This document shows, in pieces, positions 10,468-19,499 of a stretch of DNA of 64,000 bases. Below the pieces are notes generated by a model. It was not told the origin of the DNA, ran no database searches, and was given only the letters and a program-made list of their open reading frames with translations. The translations under genes and the position numbers were made by a program. Source of the DNA: Bacteriovoracia bacterium (lineage in GTDB: Bacteria; Bdellovibrionota; Bacteriovoracia; Bacteriovoracales; Bacteriovoracaceae); the NCBI GenBank assembly GCA_046570105.1, contig JBKHVI010000001.1, forward strand, positions 115,013-179,012, in the 5' to 3' direction. Within the stretch, counting starts at the first letter, position 1, and each line of letters opens with the position of its first letter.

Positions 10468-11077
10468 TTTTTAATGTCTCGAACAGTTTAATTTTCTTTT
10501 TATTAATATCAAACTGCCAACGTCTCAGCCCCTTGCGAATAATCGCTTCACCTTCATTTTCAATTCTCTCATTCAGCCACAGCAACTCGGCTGCCTCTCC
10601 ACCTAACTCCATATTCACTCGACTATGTAATGGAAACGGCACTCGCGAAGTGAGTGTTGAATAAGGATAGAATTCCACTCTTTCAACCATCCGCGCACGT
10701 AATGGATTTTGGTAAATATAGCGATAGACTTGATAATAATAAGCCTGATTCTCAATCAAGCTCCATTTATAGCGTCCTCCCCACAAATGATTTGTTCCAT
10801 CAGCCTTTCTCATAATTTTCACGGCCGTATTTCGCATCAATAGATGCATCACCTGATCTAGATTACATCGCGGCGTTTGAACCAACAGATGGAAGTGATT
10901 ATCCATCAAGACAAATGCATGAATACAAATCCCAAAGCGCTCTTGAACATTTTTAAGTTCATCGACAAAAATTTTCCAAACCTCGTTCATCTCAATCGGA
11001 TAGAACTGCTTGTCATTCGTTCGAGCTGTTACGTGGTAGGTATGAATATCACTGCGAATCAAAGCATTTCTCGGCAT
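10451..11077 (-). mobile_element. REP-associated tyrosine transposase (RAYT / IS200-like Y1 HUH nuclease)
   Basis: MPRxxx..YHVTAR, FVLMDNHFHLL (HUH), LWGGRY and YIYQNP (catalytic Tyr) motifs. Confidence 0.9.
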
Positions 11078-11129
11078 AATTACTCCTTGTAACCCGTTAC
11101 CTCTTGGCGCTTTTTTGCAGCACCAAGCG

Positions 11130-11950
11130 GTGTTAAAATTAAAACGGGAAGGAGTAAGCCTGAGGGATTCCCCCCAGACCTAGGTGCTTGTGACACCAAG
11201 AGGTTCACAGAGAACGTGGAACTGACAAAACATGGAGCGTGAGCATGCCCCTTCCCGCCTCTCTTGTTGCAAAAAGACGGGAAATTTTCCGAACACTAAC
11301 TATTGAATTTTCAACAGGAGTCGTCTCACTGCGTGAGAGATTTTTTCCACTCACATGTCCGTTTTTTACCCGCGACTTGTTGGAGATGGATGAGACTTAC
11401 TTCGAGTGATAAAATTAAAAAAGGGAAGAGGTAAGCCTTGAGAGATTCCTCTCAAGACCCAGGTGTGAGCACACCAAGAGGTTTAAAAAGAACATTGAAC
11501 TGGCAGAGCGGTGAACTTGAGCTACCTCTTCCCGCCTCTCTTGGTGCAAAGAGACGGGAAAATTTCTACGACTCAACTATTCAAAAAAATTCATCCATCA
11601 CTTCACTGCGTGAGAGATTTTTTCCAATCACTTGTCCGATTTTTACCCGCGACTTGTTGGCGATAGATGAGAGTTCAATCAAGTGATAAAATAAAAAGGG
11701 AAGGAGTGGGCCTGAATTATTTAATTCAACCCCAGGGTGCTGTCACACCCAAGGGGTTCACCTGAACTTGGAGCTGGATGAACGTGGAGCGTGGACCTGC
11801 CCCTTCCCGCCTCTCTTGGTGCAAAGAGACGGGAAAATTTCTACGACTCAACTATTCAAAAAAATTCATCCATCACTTCACTGCGTGAGAGATTTTTTCC
11901 ACTCACATGTCCGATTTTTACCCGCGACCTGTTGGAGATTGATGAGAGCT
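11130..11950. repeat. Tandem array of three ~277-bp structured non-coding units (11130-11405, 11406-11682, 11683-~11950)
   Basis: Anchor CTTCCCGCCTCTCTTG at 11251, 11528 and 11803; shared blocks TCACTGCGTGAGAGATTTTTTCC and TTTTACCCGCGAC. Confidence 0.92.
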
Positions 11951-12007
11951 GGAAGAAAATAATTGGCACTAATTCAATAAAGAACTTTCTCGTATCTCAC
12001 ACACATA

Positions 12008-12050
12008 AAAACTAAAAAGCCGAACGTAATTGATGTAACTACGTCCGGCT
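12008..12050 (-). terminator. Minus-strand intrinsic terminator of a putative antisense RNA
   Basis: Minus strand reads AGCCGGACGTAGTT-acatc-AATTACGTTCGGCT-TTTT; the stem closes fully only on the minus strand (G-U pairs). Confidence 0.6.
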
Positions 12051-12095
12051 CTTCTATGACGTCCAATGAAGGACGCCTTTACCAAAAGGAAATTC

Positions 12096-12170
12096 ATGGA
12101 AGAGTTAGCGCGGGTTCTGATCCTCGTTATCTTGACGATACAGCTTGCTGTATTGCTCAAGATAATTTGA
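12096..12170 (+). CDS. 24-aa hydrophobic peptide MEELARVLILVILTIQLAVLLKII; candidate type I toxin
   Basis: RBS AAGGA 5 nt upstream; single TM-like helix; too short for the ORF track. Confidence 0.55.
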   Translation: MEELARVLILVILTIQLAVLLKII

Positions 12171-12268
12171 TCGGATTTAGAGGGAGGGGAAAGCAGCCTC
12201 TCCCTCACCGTTTTAACTTCCAATCCTCAAATTCAGCATAGCTCTATTTGAATAAGCGAATCAAACTT

Positions 12269-12301
12269 AAAAAAAAGGCCCGGGTTAAACCCAGGCCTTT
12301 T
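12269..12301 (-). terminator. Intrinsic terminator of the porin-like gene
   Basis: GGCCTGGGTT..AACCCGGGCC followed by T8 on the minus strand. Confidence 0.8.
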
Positions 12302-12346
12302 CTACCTAAAAGTGTACCTAAAAGTGCATGACACCTTTTGGAAATT

Positions 12347-13582
12347 TTAGAACTTGTAAGTCATAGCGACGCGAGCGAGTAGACGGTTTGAATTCAAGAT
12401 TCCGTTACTTGGTGCTGTGTTATTGGTCGCAGTAGCAGCCGAAGTCATCAGCAATCCGTCGATAGCGAAATCACCAAACTTCAAAGTAGCACCTGAACGG
12501 ACAGATGTTGTATTCGCTTTGGTACGCTTCTTGTCTGGGTTCTGAGCGACAACGTTTGTGTTAACCAATGGCAATAGGTCTTCATCGTAGTCGTTGTCTT
12601 GCTCATTGATTATACTCTGAGAGATTGAACCACGAAGAGTCAGCCATGAAGCAGCGTCCACTTCTAAACCAACTACGACTGGAACAGCGTAATCATCAAT
12701 CGTTGCTTTGCCGTCATCTTTGGTATCAAGCTCACGCTTGTTCAACACATAAGATACTTTATAGAACAAAGTCGCTTTGTCGTTAAGCTTAGTCTCGCGA
12801 CCGTAACCCACGATAAAACGATCAGTTTGCGCATCAGCTTCACCTGTATAAGCAGGAGCTGCAGCTGTCGTTGCAACTTGAGAGACAGAACTCTCTTGTT
12901 CCCAAGCAGCGTGGCGCCAGAAAGCAAATACGCTTGCCTGATTGTCGATACGGTATGTTCCACCTAATTCGTAACCAAGCTTACCCTTGAATTCTTCTTT
13001 ATCCCCTGCACCTGCATCAAGATCGCCCTCGAAAGAGTTGATCAATGAAACGTTAGCAAAAGCTTCAAACTTGCCAGCGATAACACCTAGACGAGCTGAT
13101 AACGTCTGGCTCTCAAGATCTTCGAATGTGCCATCTGTATCATCTTTGTTTTGTGAATAAGTAAGGTTTGCTCCCCACTTAACTGAAGACTCTCCAGCTA
13201 AGAAAAGATCAAGCTGGTTATCTTGATGAATCACTCGGCGGTTTGTGACCAAGTAGCCGCGTGCTTCGTTTACAGAAGCAGATTCGCCACCGAAGTAAGC
13301 ACCAGCGACCATGTTGTTCCAGCCGTAAAGAACACCACCCTCAGCCTGTGGATTATTATTGGCGTCAGCTTTAGTTCCCGCGGCGCCATCACCACCCAAT
13401 TCAAAGATCGCAGTATCTTTGTAATTGTTAGCATGAGCTGAGTTGAGGAAAATATTACGATTATCGTTAATGTACTGTGAGCCACCGATATCTTCGCCTA
13501 AAGCGACGAGACGTGCTTTGGTTGCGAACGCCGGAGTCGCGAGGACTGCCAAGGCTGCTCCAAGAACAAGATGCTTTTTCAT
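12347..13582 (-). CDS. Outer-membrane porin-like protein (Bdellovibrionota major OMP-like), paralog 1
   Basis: Signal peptide, AFA-TKARLVALG N-terminus, C-terminal MTYKF beta-signal. Confidence 0.8.
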   Translation of the reverse strand: MKKHLVLGAALAVLATPAFATKARLVALGEDIGGSQYINDNRNIFLNSAHANNYKDTAIFELGGDGAAGTKADANNNPQAEGGVLYGWNNMVAGAYFGGESASVNEARGYLVTNRRVIHQDNQLDLFLAGESSVKWGANLTYSQNKDDTDGTFEDLESQTLSARLGVIAGKFEAFANVSLINSFEGDLDAGAGDKEEFKGKLGYELGGTYRIDNQASVFAFWRHAAWEQESSVSQVATTAAAPAYTGEADAQTDRFIVGYGRETKLNDKATLFYKVSYVLNKRELDTKDDGKATIDDYAVPVVVGLEVDAASWLTLRGSISQSIINEQDNDYDEDLLPLVNTNVVAQNPDKKRTKANTTSVRSGATLKFGDFAIDGLLMTSAATATNNTAPSNGILNSNRLLARVAMTYKF

Positions 13583-13615
13583 GTTTCACTCCATTTAAGT
13601 GCAGGAAGAGTTTTC

Positions 13616-13649
13616 AAAAAAAAAGGGCCAGCAAGCTGGCCCTTTTTTT
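13616..13649. terminator. Intrinsic terminator between the two porin paralogs
   Basis: A9-GGGCCAGC-AA-GCTGGCCC-T7. Confidence 0.85.
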
Positions 13650-13658
13650 AACTTTCGT

Positions 13659-14798
13659 TTAGAAACGGTAAGTCATTGATACGCGAGTCATCAAGTTAGA
13701 TGAATCGATTTCACCAGCTGTACCGCTTGCAGTGTTACCGATCATACCGTCGACAGCCATATCGCCGAACTTCAAAGAAGCACCAGCAGCTACTACAGTT
13801 GTGTTAGCTTCTGTGTTCTTGTTTGAGTCAGAGTTAGCAACTGCTGCTTTAGTTTCAACTTCGTTGATCAAGATTTCTTGAGAAACTGAACCACGAAGAG
13901 TCAACCAAGAAGCTGCGTCGAACTCAAGACCGATAGTCGCAGACAAATCGCTTTCGTTATTTTCGCCATCTTCTCCAGCATCCTTAACATCGCTAGTTGT
14001 ATTTGTGTATGCAACTTTTGTGAAAAGAACTGCTTTGTCATTCAACTTGTCTTGGCGAGCAACACCCAAAGACATTTCGTTTGATTCAACGTTATTATCG
14101 CCGTCAACTTCAAACTCATTCATTCCGTAATAACCGAAAGCAGTGTAGCCGTTCCAGCTGTAAGAACCACCAATTTCAGTATCACCTTTGCGCTCTACTT
14201 CTACGTCTTGATCTTTATGATCTGTCTTACCTGTGATGCCGTACTTCAAGTAAGCAGCCCATGGGCCCTGGCTAAGACCAACTGCAAGATCCATAACATC
14301 TGTCTTAGCTTCTGTGTTTGTAGCAAGACCAGCACCGCCGTCACCAGCATTGAAGTCATCATTCTTCTGTGATGAGTAAGTCAACTGAACGCCCCACTTG
14401 ATACCAGCGTCGCCGCCGATGAAAAGATCAAGTGCGTTTGTTGCTTGATAAACGAATAGGTCACCAGCATCAACATCACCATCATCGTTAGCGTCTGTTG
14501 CAAAAGAATCAGTACCTTCGTTGTAAGAAAGATTGCGGCCCATGTGTGCGCCCCAAACCAAGTTACCAGCGTTACGGATGAATCCACCTTCGCCGTTTCC
14601 GCCGTCATTTTCTAATTCGTAAGTAACGAAATCTTTTTGGTTATTAACTTCAGACGCGTTAAGGAAGATGTTACGGTTATCTTGGATGTAGAATGAACCG
14701 TTAGTATCTTCACCCAAAGCTGCCAAACGAGCTTTAGATGCGAATGCAGGAGCAGCTAGTACAGCCAATCCAGCGGCGAGAGCGAGTTGCTTTTTCAT
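13659..14798 (-). CDS. Outer-membrane porin-like protein, paralog 2
   Basis: RBS AAGGAG, AFA-SKARLAALG; shares DAASWLTLRGS and LKFGD blocks with paralog 1; C-terminal YRF. Confidence 0.82.
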   Translation of the reverse strand: MKKQLALAAGLAVLAAPAFASKARLAALGEDTNGSFYIQDNRNIFLNASEVNNQKDFVTYELENDGGNGEGGFIRNAGNLVWGAHMGRNLSYNEGTDSFATDANDDGDVDAGDLFVYQATNALDLFIGGDAGIKWGVQLTYSSQKNDDFNAGDGGAGLATNTEAKTDVMDLAVGLSQGPWAAYLKYGITGKTDHKDQDVEVERKGDTEIGGSYSWNGYTAFGYYGMNEFEVDGDNNVESNEMSLGVARQDKLNDKAVLFTKVAYTNTTSDVKDAGEDGENNESDLSATIGLEFDAASWLTLRGSVSQEILINEVETKAAVANSDSNKNTEANTTVVAAGASLKFGDMAVDGMIGNTASGTAGEIDSSNLMTRVSMTYRF

Positions 14799-14949
14799 GA
14801 AATCTCCTTGTTTCAAAATGACGTTGGTCATTCCTAAATTAAGCAAACAAATAACTTTATACGTTAAGTGTGTAAGTGTTCTTTCTTTTTGGCAATACTG
14901 TTTTTGTTGGTTGCATTTTGCATAGGGGCAAACTCATTGGTCCTATCAA

Positions 14950-15549
14950 TTAAAACAACACATCAAACTTCAAAAAATTAATCTTAAGTTCTGTGCCACT
15001 GGTGTAGTACTCATCACGAATACCACCGCCGTAGCGACGGAAAATGAATTCAAACGTTGGTGCGTAAGAAATATTGGCCATCGCGTAATTGCCCATGTCC
15101 CAGCGCTTCCCAGCCTCAGCATTGAAAACGATATTTAAACCGTTCTCATCATTCTGGCCCTGAGCATCGATGGTTTCCCACTCTCCACCAATCAACACAC
15201 CAGCAAACATTGAGTTCTTAATATCCGAAGCATCATGATTAACCACGACACCTGCACTCAATGCATAAACTGAGTTCGTGGTATCTCCACCTTGATCAAG
15301 ATGATTACGCTCAACACGTGCCACACCTTTGAACATCAAATTAGGATACTCATTAATAGTCTGAGCGAAGTTAGCGTTGATCTTAAATTGATTCTGATCA
15401 CGATCTTTTGTATCGCCTTTACCACTGTCTTTTTTGAACATCAGTCCACCTGAGTAACCCAGCTGAAAAGCATCAACAGAAACGATACGATTTTGTGCGC
15501 GAGCGGCTGCGACGCAAAGTAGAGCAGCGAAGAGAACGAGAATCTTCAC
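14950..15549 (-). CDS. Small outer-membrane beta-barrel protein
   Basis: Signal peptide, beta pattern, C-terminal Phe. Confidence 0.7.
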   Translation of the reverse strand: MKILVLFAALLCVAAARAQNRIVSVDAFQLGYSGGLMFKKDSGKGDTKDRDQNQFKINANFAQTINEYPNLMFKGVARVERNHLDQGGDTTNSVYALSAGVVVNHDASDIKNSMFAGVLIGGEWETIDAQGQNDENGLNIVFNAEAGKRWDMGNYAMANISYAPTFEFIFRRYGGGIRDEYYTSGTELKINFLKFDVLF

Positions 15550-15669
15550 GAGTAGTCCTTGGTTGATGGTCTTAAGATAGAGTTTAGGAAGAGGCGCTGA
15601 GCGAAATCAAGCATGACTCTTTGAGTTAGCCTAATCTGATGCATTTACGTCAAGTTTCTGACGCAAAGT

Positions 15670-16779
15670 TTAGCAAAGATCGCCTAGAAATGACGACCAG
15701 TTAAGAACTTCAATCTGTGAGGGTGTTGAGTATTCTTTTTTTCCAATAGCGTGCAACTGAATACAGCGACAATTAGGAAATTTATTTTTGAAGTATTTTA
15801 AGCTTGGTGAAACTTCTGCATCAGACCACTTCACTTCAATAGCAAGGATGGGATTCTTACCGTCCACAATAACAAAATCGACTTCTCTTTGTTCGCGATC
15901 TCGAAAGTACCTTAGCTCCCAATTCAGTCCCTCTGTGTCCTGCTGAAAATGTACCCATTTCAATAAGTGTATCGCCACTAAGTTTTCAAAGCGTAAAGAT
16001 TCCTCAGGCACCAGCGCCCAATCATAGTGATAGTGCTTTTGTTCTTTTTTGACGGCACGAATCTTAGGAGACCCAAAAGGAGATAAACGAACTATCCCGT
16101 AAAGCCTTTCAAGAATATCAACCCATTTGCCGATTGAACGTGGAGTGGCCTGCAGATCTTCCTGGAGTGAATTAATGGAAAGTGGGCTGCCAACTAAATT
16201 AGGAAGATGATGAAGCATCAACTCCATTTTCTGAAGTTCTTGCGTTTGCTCCATGGAGGTCACATCTTCATATATAAGACGTTGGCGATAATCTCTCGTC
16301 CAGCGCCGAGCAAAAGTTTCTGAACCTTTTAAAAATGGTTCTGGAAAACCACCTAGTGTCAGAAGGTCTAAAAAATCTTTCTGAGATTTTAATTTAAGTT
16401 CTGCCACAGAAAGAGGATGCATTCTGAGGTAAAAATAGCGGCCTTGCAGAGAATCTCCACCGAAACGATAAAGGTCTAAGCGAGCACTCCCCGTAACAAG
16501 AATCTTTTTTTGATCTTTATGGAGATCGTAGAAGCCTTTTAAATAATTTCGCCATTGCCGGTATTTGTGAATCTCATCAAATACAATAAAAGATTCACGT
16601 GGATATTCTTTCTTGAGAATACTCTCCCTATCAATAGGAACATCCCAATTCAAATATCTCCCAGTTTTTGGCATAAGCGTACGCGACAGCGTTGTCTTAC
16701 CAACCTGACGAGGCCCTCCAAGGAAGACCATTTTTTCAGCTAGATCTGATTTTATCTGTTTTATTAGGTATCGGTTCAC
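15670..16779 (-). CDS. AAA_14 ATPase with C-terminal DUF4143 (PD-(D/E)xK-like) domain
   Basis: GPRQVGKT, FDEIH, TGS, SLQGR, GGFPE and EVDF...IEVK motifs. Confidence 0.88.
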   Translation of the reverse strand: MNRYLIKQIKSDLAEKMVFLGGPRQVGKTTLSRTLMPKTGRYLNWDVPIDRESILKKEYPRESFIVFDEIHKYRQWRNYLKGFYDLHKDQKKILVTGSARLDLYRFGGDSLQGRYFYLRMHPLSVAELKLKSQKDFLDLLTLGGFPEPFLKGSETFARRWTRDYRQRLIYEDVTSMEQTQELQKMELMLHHLPNLVGSPLSINSLQEDLQATPRSIGKWVDILERLYGIVRLSPFGSPKIRAVKKEQKHYHYDWALVPEESLRFENLVAIHLLKWVHFQQDTEGLNWELRYFRDREQREVDFVIVDGKNPILAIEVKWSDAEVSPSLKYFKNKFPNCRCIQLHAIGKKEYSTPSQIEVLNWSSFLGDLC

Positions 16780-16789
16780 ACCCCCATTA

Positions 16790-16835
16790 TATACAGGTGT
16801 ATAAAAAAGTCACTTCCATTTTATACATGTGTATC
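16790..16835. promoter_or_regulatory. Pair of palindromic operator-like sites
   Basis: TATACA-GG-TGTATA at 16790 and TATACA-TG-TGTATC at 16822. Confidence 0.55.
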
Positions 16836-16859
16836 AAACGGGGGACACCTCTCAAAGTT

Positions 16860-17963
16860 TTAGGTACTTAAAAGAGAGCGTGCTAAGAAACGAGCCTCTG
16901 AAGTAGAGGCTGCAATCTGCCCTATTACATGCAACCTAGGCACTGAAACGAGAAGCGCCTCAGCAAGCTTAGGCTCGGTCGGCCATTCAAGAAAATCTTC
17001 TGAAGCAAGTATGTGTTCTTTACGAATGCTTTTTTCAAAATCATTCAGCACACGCTCAAGTACACGCTTAGCTAATTTAATCTTATCTGCCATGCCTTCA
17101 CTGGTGGGCTCTTCATCTTGTAAAAGAATAAGAGCATTGACTGGATAACACTTACGAGTTTCATCCCAAGATTGAATATCAAGAATGAAGTGTCCCCACT
17201 CGTGAGTCATACTCTGAGGTATAAAGAGCGTGCGAGGCTCAGGATGCATTTCTTTAGTGCACTCCCATGAGAGCGCAATACCGGCCTGACGTTGAATAGA
17301 AGCAAACCACGCACCTGCTTCAGCTGGCAAAGTTTGTCCCTGCTCTGTGGCCTTTAGTATTTGCTTTGCCGGCAATGAAGTCCAAAGCTCAGTACAAGTC
17401 ACTTCACCCAAATCATGGAACAGCATCCACCACTCATCTTGATGAGCGAGGTCAGTCGGAGCTTGTTTCTCTAATTTTTCAAGAACTCGAACACCTTGAT
17501 AGCTTTTAAGAATCTCGTCTAGATTATCCCAATCACTTTTTGAAAACAGTGAGGCGAGTGAAATTTCTTGGCGCTCTGGAAGAAAATAAGACTCTCCCGG
17601 CATGCATTCCATGGGCTTCGCGCGACTACCAAACTTATGCCACTGCCCTTCTTTAGCGAACATTGTTTCGTGTTCGAAGCGGGCACTTTGACAGTTGGGA
17701 AACTTAGCGGCAATCGCTAATGTTTCTTCGTTATTTCTTAGCTGAGAGGTGCCTGCGTGGAATGTTTCAATAAGTGTCTGCTTAGTGAGAAAGCGCGGAG
17801 TGAGAAGGCGCAAAGCCTCAGGGCCATGTGTATTCTTTAACTCAACAAGCTTCAGTACGGCAGCTAGATCATGCCCCAAAATCACATGCGTGATATGCAG
17901 GCGTGTCGCCGTAGATTTAGTGTCGTCTTTTTGTCTTTTGAATGCTTTTAATCCGAAACTCAT
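16860..17963 (-). CDS. Hypothetical protein (possible degenerate FAD/Rossmann-like fold)
   Basis: 367-aa ORF; VILGHDLAA resembles a degenerate dinucleotide-binding start. Confidence 0.65.
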   Translation of the reverse strand: MSFGLKAFKRQKDDTKSTATRLHITHVILGHDLAAVLKLVELKNTHGPEALRLLTPRFLTKQTLIETFHAGTSQLRNNEETLAIAAKFPNCQSARFEHETMFAKEGQWHKFGSRAKPMECMPGESYFLPERQEISLASLFSKSDWDNLDEILKSYQGVRVLEKLEKQAPTDLAHQDEWWMLFHDLGEVTCTELWTSLPAKQILKATEQGQTLPAEAGAWFASIQRQAGIALSWECTKEMHPEPRTLFIPQSMTHEWGHFILDIQSWDETRKCYPVNALILLQDEEPTSEGMADKIKLAKRVLERVLNDFEKSIRKEHILASEDFLEWPTEPKLAEALLVSVPRLHVIGQIAASTSEARFLARSLLST

Positions 17964-18002
17964 GCCTGCGAGTATGTCACAGGCATGATGGATTAGAAAA
18001 GA

Positions 18003-19499
18003 TTACTTAATAGCGAGCTTGTCACCTGGTAGCAATTGACGACGACGCAGATGATTATTGGAACGCACAATGACGTCCATCGACACACCTGTTTTGCGAG
18101 AAATTTCCCACAAAGTGTCACCCTTTTTAACTACATAGAACTTACTAGGCTGGCGAATGCGTGGGCCATTTTCGCTCACACTACTAATAGCACGGTAGTA
18201 AGAACGGCGTGCTTTACGGAAGCGACGTGGAACTTCGTAAAGATCAGCGTACATTCTATCACGCGCACTTTGATCGGCACGGAATGGAAGACGAATCTCA
18301 GTTCCTTTGTCCAGGCGCTTACCAACGGCTTCAGGATTAAGCGCAGTCAGGACTGGCAGCGGAATGCGATGTTGATTAGAAGCTTCTTGGAGTGTGAAAG
18401 GTTTTTTACCTGTCCACGTTTGATACTTCGTGGCAGTCAAAACAGTTTTGTCTTCGAGTGCAGTCCACTTCTCTTTGGTGCCCACTGGAACACGTAGAGT
18501 GTAAGTTTCTACCAACGGTGGAGTTTGCCAACGCAACAACTCTGGGTTGTAGCGATGCAATTCTTCGAATGGAATTCCAATTGTGTTAGCAATTTCCATC
18601 AAGTCGGTATTACCTGGAACATCGAGCTGTTCATAATCAAGTGGGTGATGGAAAGCCAGCTGGTTAAAACCAAAGGCTTCGAGGTTTTTTCCGATAATCG
18701 CAAGCGCCATGATCTTAGGAACGTAATTTTTTGTTTCTGGCTTAAGATAACGACCTTTCGTCAGCTTCCAAAAATCACGAGTCCCATAGCGCTTGATGGC
18801 GCGAGCAATCTTACCTTCACCGGCGTTGTAACCAGCTGTTGCCAGTTCCCATGAACCGAAGAGGTCATGCAAATCTTTTAAGTAACCAGCAGCGGCTACT
18901 GAAGCTTTCAAAGGATCACGACGCTCATCCATCCACCAGTCTTGATTAAGACCGTATTTGCGACCAGTGAAACTCATGAACTGCCAAGGGCCCATGGCAC
19001 TCGCGTGAGACTTAGCAATATTTTGAAAACCTGATTCTGCCATCGCGAGATAAATCAAATCGCGTGGAAGACCGTTGTCATTGAGAATTTTTGATAGGAC
19101 TGGAGCGTAGCGACCACCGCGTTCAGCATAGCGAGCGAACCACTCACGGCCGCGACCAGTGAAGTAGTTAACCCATTTTGCGACAGCTGGGTTCCATGTG
19201 ACAGGAATATCAAAATGGGTGTTTTTGAGATTGAGATGTTCGGCACCTTTGAGTTCATATACTCGCAAAGGTGAAGTGAATGTTCCGTGATGAGAACTTC
19301 CTAGGATGCAGCCTTCGCAAGCAGCTAAATCACGCTCAACCAATTGCTGTTGAACGCGCCCTCCAGGAGTGTAAGTCGCTTCTTCTCCAAAACTCTTCCA
19401 ACCGCTGTCAGCAGTCTTAGTTTGCTTAGGTGATGAGGTGGCGCAAGCACCGACGAGGATCGAGAGCGACAGCAAAGATACGGTGCTAAATTTCATCAT
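18003..19499 (-). CDS. MltD-like lytic transglycosylase lipoprotein with LysM
   Basis: Lipobox VGAC; AMAESG, GPWQFM, AGYNAGEG and ETKNYVPK motifs; C-terminal YVVKKGDTLW LysM. Confidence 0.92.
   Translation of the reverse strand: MMKFSTVSLLSLSILVGACATSSPKQTKTADSGWKSFGEEATYTPGGRVQQQLVERDLAACEGCILGSSHHGTFTSPLRVYELKGAEHLNLKNTHFDIPVTWNPAVAKWVNYFTGRGREWFARYAERGGRYAPVLSKILNDNGLPRDLIYLAMAESGFQNIAKSHASAMGPWQFMSFTGRKYGLNQDWWMDERRDPLKASVAAAGYLKDLHDLFGSWELATAGYNAGEGKIARAIKRYGTRDFWKLTKGRYLKPETKNYVPKIMALAIIGKNLEAFGFNQLAFHHPLDYEQLDVPGNTDLMEIANTIGIPFEELHRYNPELLRWQTPPLVETYTLRVPVGTKEKWTALEDKTVLTATKYQTWTGKKPFTLQEASNQHRIPLPVLTALNPEAVGKRLDKGTEIRLPFRADQSARDRMYADLYEVPRRFRKARRSYYRAISSVSENGPRIRQPSKFYVVKKGDTLWEISRKTGVSMDVIVRSNNHLRRRQLLPGDKLAIK

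Noticed and set aside
10451..11077. IS200/IS605 element with TnpB and omega-RNA
   Set aside because: No tnpB/iscB ORF is adjacent, and the protein length and motifs fit the RAYT-like group
11130..11950. CRISPR array interpretation of the tandem repeats
   Set aside because: The period is ~277 bp, the variable parts are homologous to each other rather than unique spacers, and there are no cas genes. No CRISPR array was found anywhere in the window; the zero-confidence CRISPR-typed entry at 36754 should be ignored.
11438..12015. Short ORFs inside the repeat units (82, 64 and 74 aa)
   Set aside because: No RBS, and the frames are not preserved across the three units because of indels
11969..12241. 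84-aa minus and 61-aa plus ORFs from the track
   Set aside because: No convincing RBS or recognisable composition; the 24-aa RBS-led ORF explains the region better
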